This document shows positions 20,045-29,383 of a stretch of 64,000 bases of DNA, piece after piece. The notes beneath the pieces are model-generated. The model was not told where the DNA came from and ran no database searches. It worked only from the letters and a program-made list of their open reading frames with translations. How positions within the stretch are numbered: position 1 is the stretch's first letter; each line of letters starts with the position of its first letter. This stretch comes from Spirochaetia bacterium (GTDB lineage: Bacteria; Spirochaetota; Spirochaetia; SZUA-6; Bin103). The DNA is taken from positions 1,344,001 through 1,408,000 of the forward strand of contig CBDAOI010000004.1 of assembly GCA_965198005.1 (NCBI GenBank), written 5' to 3'. The translations under genes and the position numbers were made by a program.

Positions 20045-20812
20045 ATGCCGCGCGATCTCGAGCTCCTGGCCGAGTTCTCTCTGGACTCCTGGCTGCTAGC
20101 CCGGTCCACCCATCATACCTGCACGTCGCCAGTCGACGGGCGGGCCTGGGAGCGAGCCATCGGCGATCTGCTGCGGCGCGCTCCATTGCCCAACCGCCAA
20201 CGCGCCGGCTGGACGACCCTTTTCGGGGTCCAAGCGGCGTCTGGCGTGGCGCACGAGCTTGACGCATGTGCCGCGGGCGGCGGAACTCTGATAGTCGTGG
20301 AATGCAAATCGCAGACTTCGGGCGTGGCGAAAGCCGATGCAGCCTTGCTTCACGAGAAGACGCTTGACTTCTTTTGCGCGAAACCCGGCCACTTCTGCAA
20401 CCAGCGTTGGTGGCGAGTCGTCGCGTCGTCTACTCCGGTTGCGGACAGTGTCCGGGCATTCTGCGTCAGTCTCGGACTCGTTCTCACCGAACCCAATTAC
20501 TTGCCGCTACCTGTCGTGCTACGGATCGCGTCCCGGCCGGGTGCTGACATGCATCTGAGGGAGGCGTTGCTTCAGGACGCGGTTCGCCTAGGCGAACGCG
20601 CCTTGGTGCCGCAGCAGGACAAGTGGCGATACGACGCTCAAGCCGAGGAGATTCGCTTCCAGCCTACGACTCTGGCTCCCAACGAAATCCAGGATCTTCT
20701 CTGGTTACAGGGAGAGCTGGGTTCCGATATTCTTGACCTATACGATCTTCACCGCCCCGGCGCACTGGAACGTCGAGCAGAGGAACTTCTCCGGACGCTA
20801 CGTCCCACATGA
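20045..20812 (+). CDS. PD-(D/E)XK restriction-endonuclease-like protein (Mrr-like)
   Basis: GRAWE...SGVAHELDA...IVVECKS catalytic pattern; begins 7 nt after the ATPase stop. Confidence 0.8.
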   Translation: MPRDLELLAEFSLDSWLLARSTHHTCTSPVDGRAWERAIGDLLRRAPLPNRQRAGWTTLFGVQAASGVAHELDACAAGGGTLIVVECKSQTSGVAKADAALLHEKTLDFFCAKPGHFCNQRWWRVVASSTPVADSVRAFCVSLGLVLTEPNYLPLPVVLRIASRPGADMHLREALLQDAVRLGERALVPQQDKWRYDAQAEEIRFQPTTLAPNEIQDLLWLQGELGSDILDLYDLHRPGALERRAEELLRTLRPT

Positions 20813-21074
20813 CTTCATTACTGCCACCGAGTCGTTGCATGCGATCATGTTCGGAGAACGGTGAGCGGAGTCGGCGTCGCCGCGGTCGACTGGTCGCCTA
20901 CCGAACTCAGAATTATTGCCAGAGCTGGACACACCGCGTGCTTGTGGTAGACCGTGGCGCCGTCTCCCACCGCGCTCCGAGCACGGACTACCTGACCGCC
21001 ATCACCACTTTTATCCCGTCCGGCGTCGTGGCACCGATGGCGAATACGATTGGCTTCCCTTGCCCGCCGTCGCC

Positions 21075-21139
21075 GACCTGAGCGCGCGAGGTGCCGTATT
21101 TCCGCGCCCCCTCCCCTACCCTCCAGGTAGGCGAGGTCT
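21075..21139 (-). repeat. Inverted, order-permuted copy of two aldo/keto reductase segments
   Basis: 21075-21120 is the reverse complement of 16659-16704 (3 mismatches in 46); 21121-21139 is the exact reverse complement of 16818-16836. Confidence 0.9.
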
Positions 21140-21579
21140 CCGGTATGCCAGCAGCCAAACGCCTCTTCCGTCTGCTCAATCAGACCCAAAGCACCTGGAC
21201 GGGTGGCTCGCCAAGCCGTGTTGTAGTCAGCCTCATGACGGGCCTCCTGAAGATCGACAAATGCCCGAGCCACCTTCACAAGGTCGGGCTGGAGCGACTG
21301 GCCTTGCAGTCCCGGACTGAGCCTTGGGGCGACGCTCGTACCCGCGAACTGCTGGGCCACGGTCCTCATGTTCGAGTGCGCGAATGCGCGCCTTAAGCAA
21401 TCGCGTAGTGCGTACCGACGTGCGGAAACCATTCGGCATACCGCTTCGTCGACCAACAAGTGGAAGAGAGCGTAGTAGGCAGCCGACACCGCGCGGCGCA
21501 GGCTCGCCTGCAACGGCCGTCTCGATTCCTTGGTGGCAAGATGCCGGGCCTGTCGCAGCAGCTCGTTGTGGAGGCTCAA
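21140..21579 (-). pseudogene. HEPN-domain protein, C-terminus replaced
   Basis: LRRAVSAAYYALFH and LQEARHEADY; TTG start overlaps upstream stop; runs into the AKR-derived fragment. Confidence 0.75.
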
Positions 21580-21851
21580 GACGCGGCCTCGGACAACACC
21601 CCTTCGTGGAACCGTACGTATACCCAATGCGCATCCTCACCAACCCAGTCGCGGACCGAAGCGCGCACAAGTTCCCGCAGATCTGCCCGTTCCTTGGCAT
21701 CGACCTCGTCGTACTCGCGCTCCAGAGTGATCCATACCCAAACCGCTGGTTCGTCTGTCGTGTCGAGGCCCATCTCGACGATCCACGACCTCACGGGCGT
21801 AGGGAGGCCGGAAAGCTCTTTGAGTTTGGACTCGATCTCTGAGACCGTCAT
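21576..21851 (-). CDS. Small protein, probable partner (MNT-like antitoxin) of the HEPN gene
   Basis: GGAGG SD, coupled to the HEPN gene; GLDTTDEPAVWVWI...VYVRF. Confidence 0.6.
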   Translation of the reverse strand: MTVSEIESKLKELSGLPTPVRSWIVEMGLDTTDEPAVWVWITLEREYDEVDAKERADLRELVRASVRDWVGEDAHWVYVRFHEGVLSEAAS

Positions 21852-22010
21852 ACATCCTCCCGTATGCCGAGTAGACCCAATGGCACTCAGGAGAGTCGAA
21901 TTGGTCCATAAGTCTTCCAAGCAACGTAAGCAACATACGCCGGTGCGCAGCCACACTCAAGATGAGAACCCAGCGACAATCAAGAGGGCGACCCGCACCG
22001 TGCTCAGCAG

Positions 22011-22095
22011 TGACTGCGCGTGCGCCGAGGGCAAGCAGATTCGCGTTCGCAGGGCTGTCGAGGTGAGGATGACTTTCCCCGCCGCCGCGTGCTGA
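22011..22095 (-). repeat. Diverged copy of the 3' end of the DprA-like gene
   Basis: Aligns with about 23351-23436 (tgact..tgcgccgagggc..agattcgc..agggctgtcgag.gtgaggat.actttccccgccg.cgcgtgct). Confidence 0.85.
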
Positions 22096-22490
22096 CGGCG
22101 ACACCGAGACGGGCGTTGTTGACGCGCAGGCGTTGGCGCAGGACGGTCCTGGAGAGCGGCTGGCCGGCGCTACGGAGCGCGGCGCGCACCGCCTCGGCGA
22201 GCGGCGGCGGAGCGGCAGCACTGTCGACGATCAGCGAGAGCGGCTGGTCACCGCCGCCTGAGAGGCGCAGCAGGAGCGGGTCGGGAGCGGGAGCTGAGCG
22301 GTGCTCGACGGTGAGTTGCAGACGGTCGTCGGGGCGCCGCACCAGATAGCAGGCGGAGTCGATCCAGGCGTGCAGGTCGGAGGAGCCGCGCAGGGACTGG
22401 CCGAGATTGCGGCGGGAGCGCTTGGCCATGTGGTGGACGAGGACCAGAGCGAGTTGATAGCGGCGGTTGAGGGCGCGCACAAACCCGAGC
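22096..22490 (-). pseudogene. C-terminal fragment of RecA/AAA_25-like ATPase
   Basis: LVLVHHMAK..GQSLRGSSDLHAW..LTVEHRSAPAP. Confidence 0.6.
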
Positions 22491-22599
22491 AGAGAAGAGA
22501 TGTCTGACGCAAGAGACGCTGCCCTGGGATCAGGAAAGCGCCGGCAAAGCGGTTCATTGCCGGTGACTGCCCCTGCTTTCCCAGCTCCGGAGATCTCCG

Positions 22600-22800
22600 T
22601 TTCCTCCAACCTCGCAGGTTGGCGACGACGCGAAACGTCCGATACGCCACGCGTGCTTTCGTTAGCTGTAAGCGTTTTATGTCGTATTCGAGAGTCTTTT
22701 TCAGACGGCCCTTGGAGCGTGGGCCCACGATGACTCGACGGAGTATCAGATCGGGACCGAATGGCCAGAAGTGGTGGCGTCGGTGCTCGCGGGCGTCCAC
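22600..22800 (-). pseudogene. C-terminal fragment resembling DUF2971-type proteins
   Basis: HFWPFGPDLILRRVIVGPRS..TKARVAYRTFRVV. Confidence 0.35.
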
Positions 22801-22944
22801 AAGAGTGGGTCGCTCAGGAGCATTCGACAAAGCTGCGCGGAGGCGACCCGGACGGGTTCCGCACGTTGTAACCCAACCGATTCCGGAATACTTCTTTGCA
22901 TCGCGACGACTCTCATCGATGCCGGGTGCGCCGGGCCGTGTCGA

Positions 22945-23201
22945 TTCGGCGTTTATCTTGTCAAGGGTCATGCCGTCGGCTCCGATCTCGTGGGCGCGCT
23001 TCTGCATGGCGGCCACCGCGAGGTGGCACGCGCCTGCCACAGCGCGGAAAGCGACGCTTCCAACGTCGACGCCGTCGTGGCCGACAGAACGGCGATCGGC
23101 TTACCGTTGGAGGTGACAACCAAGTGCGTCTCGCGATCCAGAGACCGCCACACGGCCGCCGACCGGCTCCGTAGCTCGCGTACACTCACAAACTCCACCA
23201 C
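22945..23201 (-). pseudogene. Phd/YefM antitoxin, frameshifted; toxin absent
   Basis: EFVSVRELRSRSAAVW..VVTSNGKPIAVL continues in another frame as HLAVAAMQKRAHEIGADGMTLDKINAE. Confidence 0.65.
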
Positions 23202-23342
23202 TACTTCCTGAACACGTTAGCGTACTCCATGGTGTACACGGTGGAGGTTGAAGTCAAGCTGGCCACCCTCCGACCGTGCGTTGTCGGTCAGCCCCAGCCG
23301 GCGCCGACGGTGGCTCATTCTGCCTGCCGATGCGCACTGGTG

Positions 23343-24020
23343 TTAGGCCTTGACTACGAGTGCGCCGAGGGCGAGTAGATTCGCATTGGTAGGGCTGTCG
23401 AGGGTGAGGATTACTTTCCCCGCCGTCGCGTGCTTACGGGCGAGGGATTCGGTCTTGCCGCCGGGGGCGGCGTAAGGGATGAAGAGCTCGGTCGCGAATG
23501 CGGCGACGAGATCGTTGCGCTGCGCGGCAAGCGCCGCCGTTGGCCGATGCTTAGAGCGCCCGAACGGGGACAGGATAAGCAATCGGCCCTCGGAGATTGG
23601 CGTACGCCACTCCCGCGGGATGCGCATGTTCTCGATGCTTCGCGCCGGACAGACCACGACACGCGCCGAGCCCCGCAACAGCAAGTCCAGGAACTCTTTC
23701 TCCATCGGCGACTGAAAGCCGCCGATAAGTGTCATGTTCGTGCCTCGAAGCGCGCGAGCGAGATCATAGATCCTCAGTATGATGTCGCCGGGACATCGTA
23801 TCGAGCAGAAGAAGCCGGTGAGCGTTCCGTCGAGTATGCCGATGTCGCCCCGTGCCGTGACCACAAGCGGATGCACGCTGTCGAAATAACGCCGTAAGAC
23901 CGCCGGAGTCTCGGGGGTCCCCGGTTCGTAGCATCTGGTTTGCAGGACGCTTCTCGCAGTGGCTAAGCGCCGGTTGCTCATTCCACGGTGTCCAGCAGTC
24001 GGACGATTTCTTGGGTCCAA
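23343..24020 (-). CDS. DprA/Smf (SLOG-fold) DNA-processing protein-like; start uncertain
   Basis: GFFCSIRCPG, IGGFQSPMEKE, CPARS, LILSPF, RNDLVAAFA..YAAPGGKT. Confidence 0.75.
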   Translation of the reverse strand: MDPRNRPTAGHRGMSNRRLATARSVLQTRCYEPGTPETPAVLRRYFDSVHPLVVTARGDIGILDGTLTGFFCSIRCPGDIILRIYDLARALRGTNMTLIGGFQSPMEKEFLDLLLRGSARVVVCPARSIENMRIPREWRTPISEGRLLILSPFGRSKHRPTAALAAQRNDLVAAFATELFIPYAAPGGKTESLARKHATAGKVILTLDSPTNANLLALGALVVKA

Positions 24021-24130
24021 TCGACTTGTGCAACCAGCCGTTGCACTTGCGGCACGTCTCGATAGAACAGGTAGAATTCCCTCATGTAAGACACGTTCCG
24101 TCGGGACAACCCGTCTAGGCGCGCGAACCC
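23990..24130 (-). pseudogene. DUF1016/YhcG N-terminal fragment
   Basis: GLSRRNVSYMREFYLFY..VQRLVAQVDWT. Confidence 0.65.
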
Positions 24131-24368
24131 GGCCGCGCAGCGGGCTATGCCCTCAGGGTCGATGGCGGTAGGCCAGCGGTCGGCCTCCCGGTGGAACAGG
24201 TCGTAGGGGCCTCCCACCATAGCCACGCAGGGCGCCTCTGGCAGCTATGAGGCTGGACTCAGCAGGCGATACCGCCTCCGCGCTCTCCGGCGCAGTGCCA
24301 CCAGCCGCTGCGAGGCGTCATGACGACCACCGGGGCAAGGCTGGGATCTCGACCGGGAATCGTGGCCG

Positions 24369-24990
24369 TTACGTTGGCGGCACGCGCTCGCGACGCCGCT
24401 GCCACACGGTGGGGCGACAGACAGGATCGATCAGGTGCTGCAAAGGATGTTGCACGTCGAGACTGGCGAGGGCCTCCAGGTAGCGTTCGTTGGCCGCCTG
24501 CGAGAGCTGCGCCCGGCTCGCCAGGTCGCTGATGCCCCGCCGCATCGGTCGCTGGCTGCGCGGGCCGTCGGGGTTGCCCTGTACCGCGCGCAGGATCTTG
24601 AACGGGCTCGGGTCGTTGATCGTGGTCTCCACCCGCAAGCTGCGGCCGTGCTTGTCGTCTGATACACCGTCCAGTAGTACTCCACCGGATAGTCGCCAGA
24701 CACCTCCTGGAAGGTCGGATGGATGCGGGCGGCGATGCGCCTCAGCTCCGGGTGCCACGCAAACTCCACCTGCTGATCCAGCAGGCGCTGGCGCCTGCTG
24801 CCAGTCCGCCACCTCCAGCAAGCAGTTGTCGAGCCGCTCGTACCTCACTCCGTGGTTGTCCAACTGGCGCGCCAGCCATTCCCGACCGTTGAGGCAGATC
24901 TGGATGGCGAACGGAAACCAGGTCTGCAACCGGGCGCTGATGCAGCCAAACACCGGATCGATCCAGTAGTGGTAGAGATGCAGACACTTC
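24369..24990 (-). pseudogene. Degraded putative transposase-like gene
   Basis: [58 protein letters not shown]; frameshifts and deletion. Confidence 0.5.
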
Positions 24991-25069
24991 CATCACCAGT
25001 TGCTGGCGGGCGGGGCGGCCGAGACGACCGGACGGATCGACTGGCTGCTGACCGCCGACGATGTGATGA

Positions 25070-25250
25070 CGGGCACCTTGCCGTACACCAGATATTCCTG
25101 CATCTGCGCGCTGTCGATGAGGAACTCCGGTTGAAAGGTTGCGTTCCCCAGGGTCTGGTAGTCTTCGATGGCCTGATCGAGATCCGGGACGGGGATTCCG
25201 AGGTGATGCAGTTTCCAGGTTTCTGGCGTGACTACCGACCGTACCACATG
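25070..25250 (-). pseudogene. VOC/methylmalonyl-CoA epimerase-like N-terminal fragment
   Basis: WKLHHLGIPVPDLDQAIEDYQTLG. Confidence 0.55.
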
Positions 25251-25444
25251 CACCGCATAACAACTGCGCATATCGGAAGTCGTTCTTTCCCGGAATCAGT
25301 TTTCAGCTGAAACGGACGTCGAGATCCTGAGCCCGGTTGAGTTTCTGCGGCTCGACGGCTTCGCGCCGTGAGGTGTCATGCCCCAGTGTTTGGGCGTGGT
25401 CATATTGGTTTGACACACTAGCATCGTTGGTGGATGATGCCTAC

Positions 25445-25687
25445 ATGGCAACCAGACCCGTCCAGATCTCGATCGACGAAGAGCTTTTGCGCCGCCTGGA
25501 CGCGGATCCGGACGCCCGGCAACAGGGTCGGTCGGCTTTCGTGCGGACGGCGGTACGGTTCTACCTGGAGGCAAAACAGCGGCGCGAGGTAGAAGCTCAG
25601 CTCGGGCGAGCGTACCAGGGCCGCGCGGATGAATTGCTCGGTGAGGTGGCGGATATGATCACCGATCAGGAATGGCCCGCGAGCTGA
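25445..25687 (+). CDS. Ribbon-helix-helix (CopG) antitoxin
   Basis: RPVQISIDEELLRRLD..GRSAFVRTAV; TTGACA-17 bp-GATGAT 6 nt upstream. Confidence 0.85.
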   Translation: MATRPVQISIDEELLRRLDADPDARQQGRSAFVRTAVRFYLEAKQRREVEAQLGRAYQGRADELLGEVADMITDQEWPAS

Positions 25688-25826
25688 ACCGCGGGGAGAT
25701 CTGGCTGCTCGACCTCCCGCGCCCGGACAAGCGGCGTCCGGTTCTGATCCTGACGCGGCGCAGGCTGATCGGCCTCCTGCACACCGTTACGGTGGTCGCT
25801 ATCACCTCCACCCTTCGCGGCGCCCC
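25672..25826 (+). pseudogene. PemK/MazF toxin, truncated after about 51 aa
   Basis: RGEIW..DKRRPVLILTR..VTVVAITSTLRGAP, then unrelated DNA. Confidence 0.8.
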
Positions 25827-25827
25827 C

Positions 25828-26045
25828 AGACAGCACCTCGCTGATGTTGCACGCCGCCTTGGTGGCCAGCTCCACCGACGACTCTTCAGTGTACCACGCC
25901 AGGTGGTTGCTCACGATCACGTCGTCCAGGCCGGTCAGCGGGCTGTCGGTGGGCAGCGGCTCGGCTTCGAACACGTCCAGTCCCGCCGCCGCGATGGTGC
26001 CGTCGGTCAGCGTCACGGCCAAGGTCGCCTCGTCGACCACGATCA
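25828..26045 (-). pseudogene. C-terminal fragment of D-2-hydroxyacid dehydrogenase
   Basis: VVDEATL..AAAGLDVFEAEPLPTDSPL..SNHLAWYTEES. Confidence 0.8.
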
Positions 26046-26183
26046 AGCATTCCGACACTCCGACATCACATCGCGACTGTCAGCTATGATTTCGTCCACT
26101 TCGCGTACAGCACGAATGGCGTCATCTTCAGCGATGTGGGGCTTCAGATTCGTGATCTTCGTGACCCTCTGTGCGGCGGGCCT

Positions 26184-26240
26184 TGCGTGGGAGAACGGCA
26201 GGTGACCGACATCGTGACACAGCGCTGCCATCCGCAAGAC
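26184..26240 (-). pseudogene. HD-domain phosphohydrolase fragment
   Basis: RMAALCHDVGHLPFSHA. Confidence 0.65.
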
Positions 26241-26438
26241 TCGTCGCCAGTATCACGCGTCGACGTCGCGCACTGCGGCGTACAGTTCTTTGCGGGTCTT
26301 GACCCGGTTGTAGACCACCTCGGCCAGCGGCTCGAGAACGGTACGCTCCGGCAGGACGGCGAAGTCGGGCGCGAGCAGTGAACTTGCCGCGCGCTCGCGG
26401 CACGTGCTATACAGTTCCTACCAACGCAGGTTACGTGT

Positions 26439-26672
26439 ATGAAACCGATACAGGTCATGTTCGACGAGGCGCTTCTGGCGCGGCTCGACGCGTCGGCAGA
26501 GGTGCGCCGGGTGGGGCGGTCGGCGGTTCTGCGGCGGGCGGCGGCGGAGTTTTTGCAACGCAGGCAGCGGCAGATGATCGCCGAGCAGTACCGCGAGGCG
26601 TATGCGGCCGGGCTCGACGGCGACGAGGAACTGGCCGGCTGGAGTGAGGAGGGCTCGTGGCCGGGAAGCTGA
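26439..26672 (+). CDS. Ribbon-helix-helix antitoxin
   Basis: MKPIQVMFDEALLARLD..GRSAVLRRAA; paralog of 25445. Confidence 0.85.
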   Translation: MKPIQVMFDEALLARLDASAEVRRVGRSAVLRRAAAEFLQRRQRQMIAEQYREAYAAGLDGDEELAGWSEEGSWPGS

Positions 26673-26983
26673 ATCGAGGCGAGATCTGGCAGTACACGTT
26701 CAAGGCTCCGGACAAACGGCGGCCGGTGGTGATCATCAGCCGCCAGGAGGTAATCCCGCTGCTGCGCACCGTGATGGTCGCTCCCATTACCTCGACCATC
26801 CACGGTTCCCCCGCCGAAGTGGCGGTCGGTGTAGACGAGGGGCTCAAGCGCGCCTCGGCCGCCAACCTCGATCACGTACAGACCGTGGACAAGGCACGGC
26901 TGAGCCGGTTCAGCGGACGCCTCCCGGCGAGCAAGATGCACCAGATCTGCCTCGCCCTCGCTCGCGCTACCGGCTGCGACTGA
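26657..26983 (+). CDS. PemK/MazF toxin (intact)
   Basis: RGEIW..DKRRPVVIISR..APITST..ANLDHVQTVDK. Confidence 0.9.
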   Translation: MAGKLNRGEIWQYTFKAPDKRRPVVIISRQEVIPLLRTVMVAPITSTIHGSPAEVAVGVDEGLKRASAANLDHVQTVDKARLSRFSGRLPASKMHQICLALARATGCD

Positions 26984-27169
26984 GCTTGAGCCGCGACCGC
27001 CTGCCGCGGTGCGTCCCGAGGCGCCCGGCGGCGGCTGCGGGAGATGTGGACGCGGAGTGGTGAGCGGTCAGGCCCTTAGAGGCTACAACCACTCGGCCAA
27101 CGTTGACCGAATAGGGTCCGGCCCGCTGCACGCCGCTTGCAGCCGGACCACGGTCGGGGGGTCTCACCT

Positions 27170-27900
27170 CCGCGCCGATCACCGCGCCCCGGACCACCCG
27201 CGAGCCGCCGATGCCGCCCAGCACGCCCAGCACCACGATGATCCGCAGCACCCCCCGGCCGACCACCGACATCACCGTCAGCAGGATCAGCAGGCCGGGA
27301 ATCGACATCCAGGCATCGACGAAGCGCTGCACCGTCAGGTCGAGCCGGCCGCCGATGAAGCCGGAAACGCCGCCCACGGCCAGCGTCACCGGCACGTTGA
27401 CGAAGGTCGCGGCCAGGCCGACGCCCAGGGTAAGGCGCGCGCCGTAGATCAGCCGGCTGGCGAAGTCGCGGCCCAACTGGTCGGTGCCCAGCGGGTAGCG
27501 CGCCGAGGAGCCCTGCAGCCGGTCCATCAGGAACACCTCGTTGGGCCCGAACGGCGCCAGCACGTCGGCCAGCAGTGCCACCCCGATCAACAGCAGCAGC
27601 ACGATCCCGAGCACCACCGCCAACGGCTTCTCCCGGCGCAACCGGACAAAGAAATCGGCGAACGCGCGTATCAGTGCCCTACCGGTAGCGCACGCGCGGG
27701 TCGATCAGCGCGTACGAGAGGTCGGTGACGAGATTGACCGCCACCACCACGGTGGCGAACACCAGGTTGACGCCGGACACGATCGGGTAGTCTCTGATGG
27801 TGAGCGCATCCACCAGCAGCCGTCCCAGCCCCGGCAGGTTGAAGATGTTCTCCATGATGACCGAGCCGCCCACCAGGATCGGCACCTGCAGGGCGACCAG
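27170..27900 (-). pseudogene. Relic dppB 3' end + truncated dppC
   Basis: 27679-27900 PILVGGSVIMENIFNLPGLG..DPRVRYR; next ORF REKPL..LGTDQLGRD..RVVRGAVIG stops at about half length. Confidence 0.85.
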
Positions 27901-27904
27901 GCTG

Positions 27905-28106
27905 CAGTTCTCGACCTTCTACCACGCGTGCCCGATCCTGCAGGCGCCGCCGCCGCTGCGTGAGGCGCGCCTGCTGCTGGCGGCCGCCACCCGTCAGGTG
28001 CTGGCCAACTGCCTCAGGCTGATCGGGATCGACCCCCTGGAGCGGATGTAGCGGTCCACCCCACGGCCGGTCAGGAAGGCAGTCGGCGCAACGCCCGCCG
28101 CCGGCC
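27905..28106 (+). repeat. 202-bp direct copy of argS 3' end and downstream sequence
   Basis: Matches 50513-50714 with two synonymous differences (CAG/CAA, CTG/TTG). Confidence 0.95.
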
Positions 28107-28254
28107 GACGAGGTATTCCACGTCGCGTGGTCCCGGTGTCCGCAGCCACCACGTGGCGGCGCTGAGACCCCGCACCTGGTGATTGACGGCACGTGGCAAC
28201 CAGCATTATGTTGGCATGCAATAAGCATCTAAAACGATGCCCGAGAGGCGTGTA

Positions 28255-28536
28255 ATGGACATCACAGAGGATATTCGACCGCTCACCGAGTTCAAGCGCG
28301 ATACGTCGCGCTTCGTTTCGCGCCTGAAGGACACGGGGCGACCCTCCGTTTTGACCGTGAACGGCAAACCCGAACTGGTCGTGATACATGCCCAGGCTTG
28401 GCAGGAGGTTCAGGATCAACTCGACTATGCCGCCGCGGTGGCCGGCATCCGCAAGGGGCTCGGTCAGATCCGCGACGGACGCGGTGTTCCTGCGTCGACC
28501 TTTTTCGAGGAGTTTGCCACCCACACCGCCGAGTAG
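28255..28536 (+). CDS. Phd/YefM antitoxin
   Basis: DIRPLTEFKR..GRPSVLTVNGKPELVV. Confidence 0.88.
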   Translation: MDITEDIRPLTEFKRDTSRFVSRLKDTGRPSVLTVNGKPELVVIHAQAWQEVQDQLDYAAAVAGIRKGLGQIRDGRGVPASTFFEEFATHTAE

Positions 28537-28769
28537 TGGTCAAGCGCTTCAGCGTCATCATCACCCCGTTCGCTGCCGCCAACGTTCGTGAAGCGTACGA
28601 GTGGTTGTCGGCGAGGAACCCTGCCTACGCAAAGCGGTGGCTCACGGCGATTCGAGACCAGATCCCGGGCCTCGACACGCTGCCGAAAGCCCACCCCGTG
28701 GCTCCGGAGAGTGCTGGGAAGCTGACTCCACTGGAAGAGACTGCGAAGGAATACGGTGTCGACATCTGA
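28536..28769 (+). pseudogene. RelE/ParE toxin, truncated and fused to a foreign tail
   Basis: FSVIITPFAAANVREAYEWL..LDTLPKAHPVAPES, then AGKLTPLEETAKEYGVDI; the C-terminal half is missing. Confidence 0.7.
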
Positions 28770-28947
28770 CCTATCGGGTCAGTCATTTGGAGTGATCTGA
28801 CCGCGGAGCTTGGTCTGGATGATAGACCCAGCGACAGCAGGCCCGTCTAGTCCCGCACACGGGCGCCCGTGCCCATGGTGGATCGGGCGCACGTCAGTTG
28901 GGGCCCCCAAAAAAGGAAATGGCGGGTGGGGATCGAGCGGGCGCTCG

Positions 28948-29235
28948 CTACTGGGTGATGGCGCCGAGACTGGCCGACGAGACCAGGCGCGCGTACTTGG
29001 CCAGGGCGCCGCGACGGTAGGGGATTTCGCGCTGCGGCAGGGCATCCAGCCGACTGGCGAGCTCCGCGTCGGACAGGTCGACGTCGATGGTGGCGGCGTC
29101 GAGGTCGATGGTGATGGTGTCGCCCTCCTGGATCGCCGCGATGGGCCCGCCGGCCTGCGCCTCGGGTGCGATGTGGCCGACCACGATGCCGTGGCTGCCG
29201 CCGGAAAAGCGGCCGTCGGTGATGAGGGCGAGCAG
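28948..29235 (-). pseudogene. ilvD: C-terminal fragment of dihydroxy-acid dehydratase
   Basis: ALITDGRFSGGSHGIVVGHIAPEAQAGGPIA..GALAKYARLVSSASLGA. Confidence 0.9.
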
Positions 29236-29383
29236 CGCGTAGATCGCGCATTCGGCGATGCTGCATCGCAGGTTGCAGGTAGGTTGCAGTTGTTTGACGT
29301 GGACGAACAATTGCCGTAGATTATCTATTGCGATCCACATGGTACCAGACTGAGTACGGTGTAAGAGTTCGTCAAAAGCGAGC

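Noticed and set aside
17566-20812. BREX, Wadjet, Gabija, McrBC or classical R-M assignment
   Set aside because: No PglX/PglZ, SMC coiled coil, OLD/UvrD, McrB NxxD-type GTPase context or methyltransferase recognised
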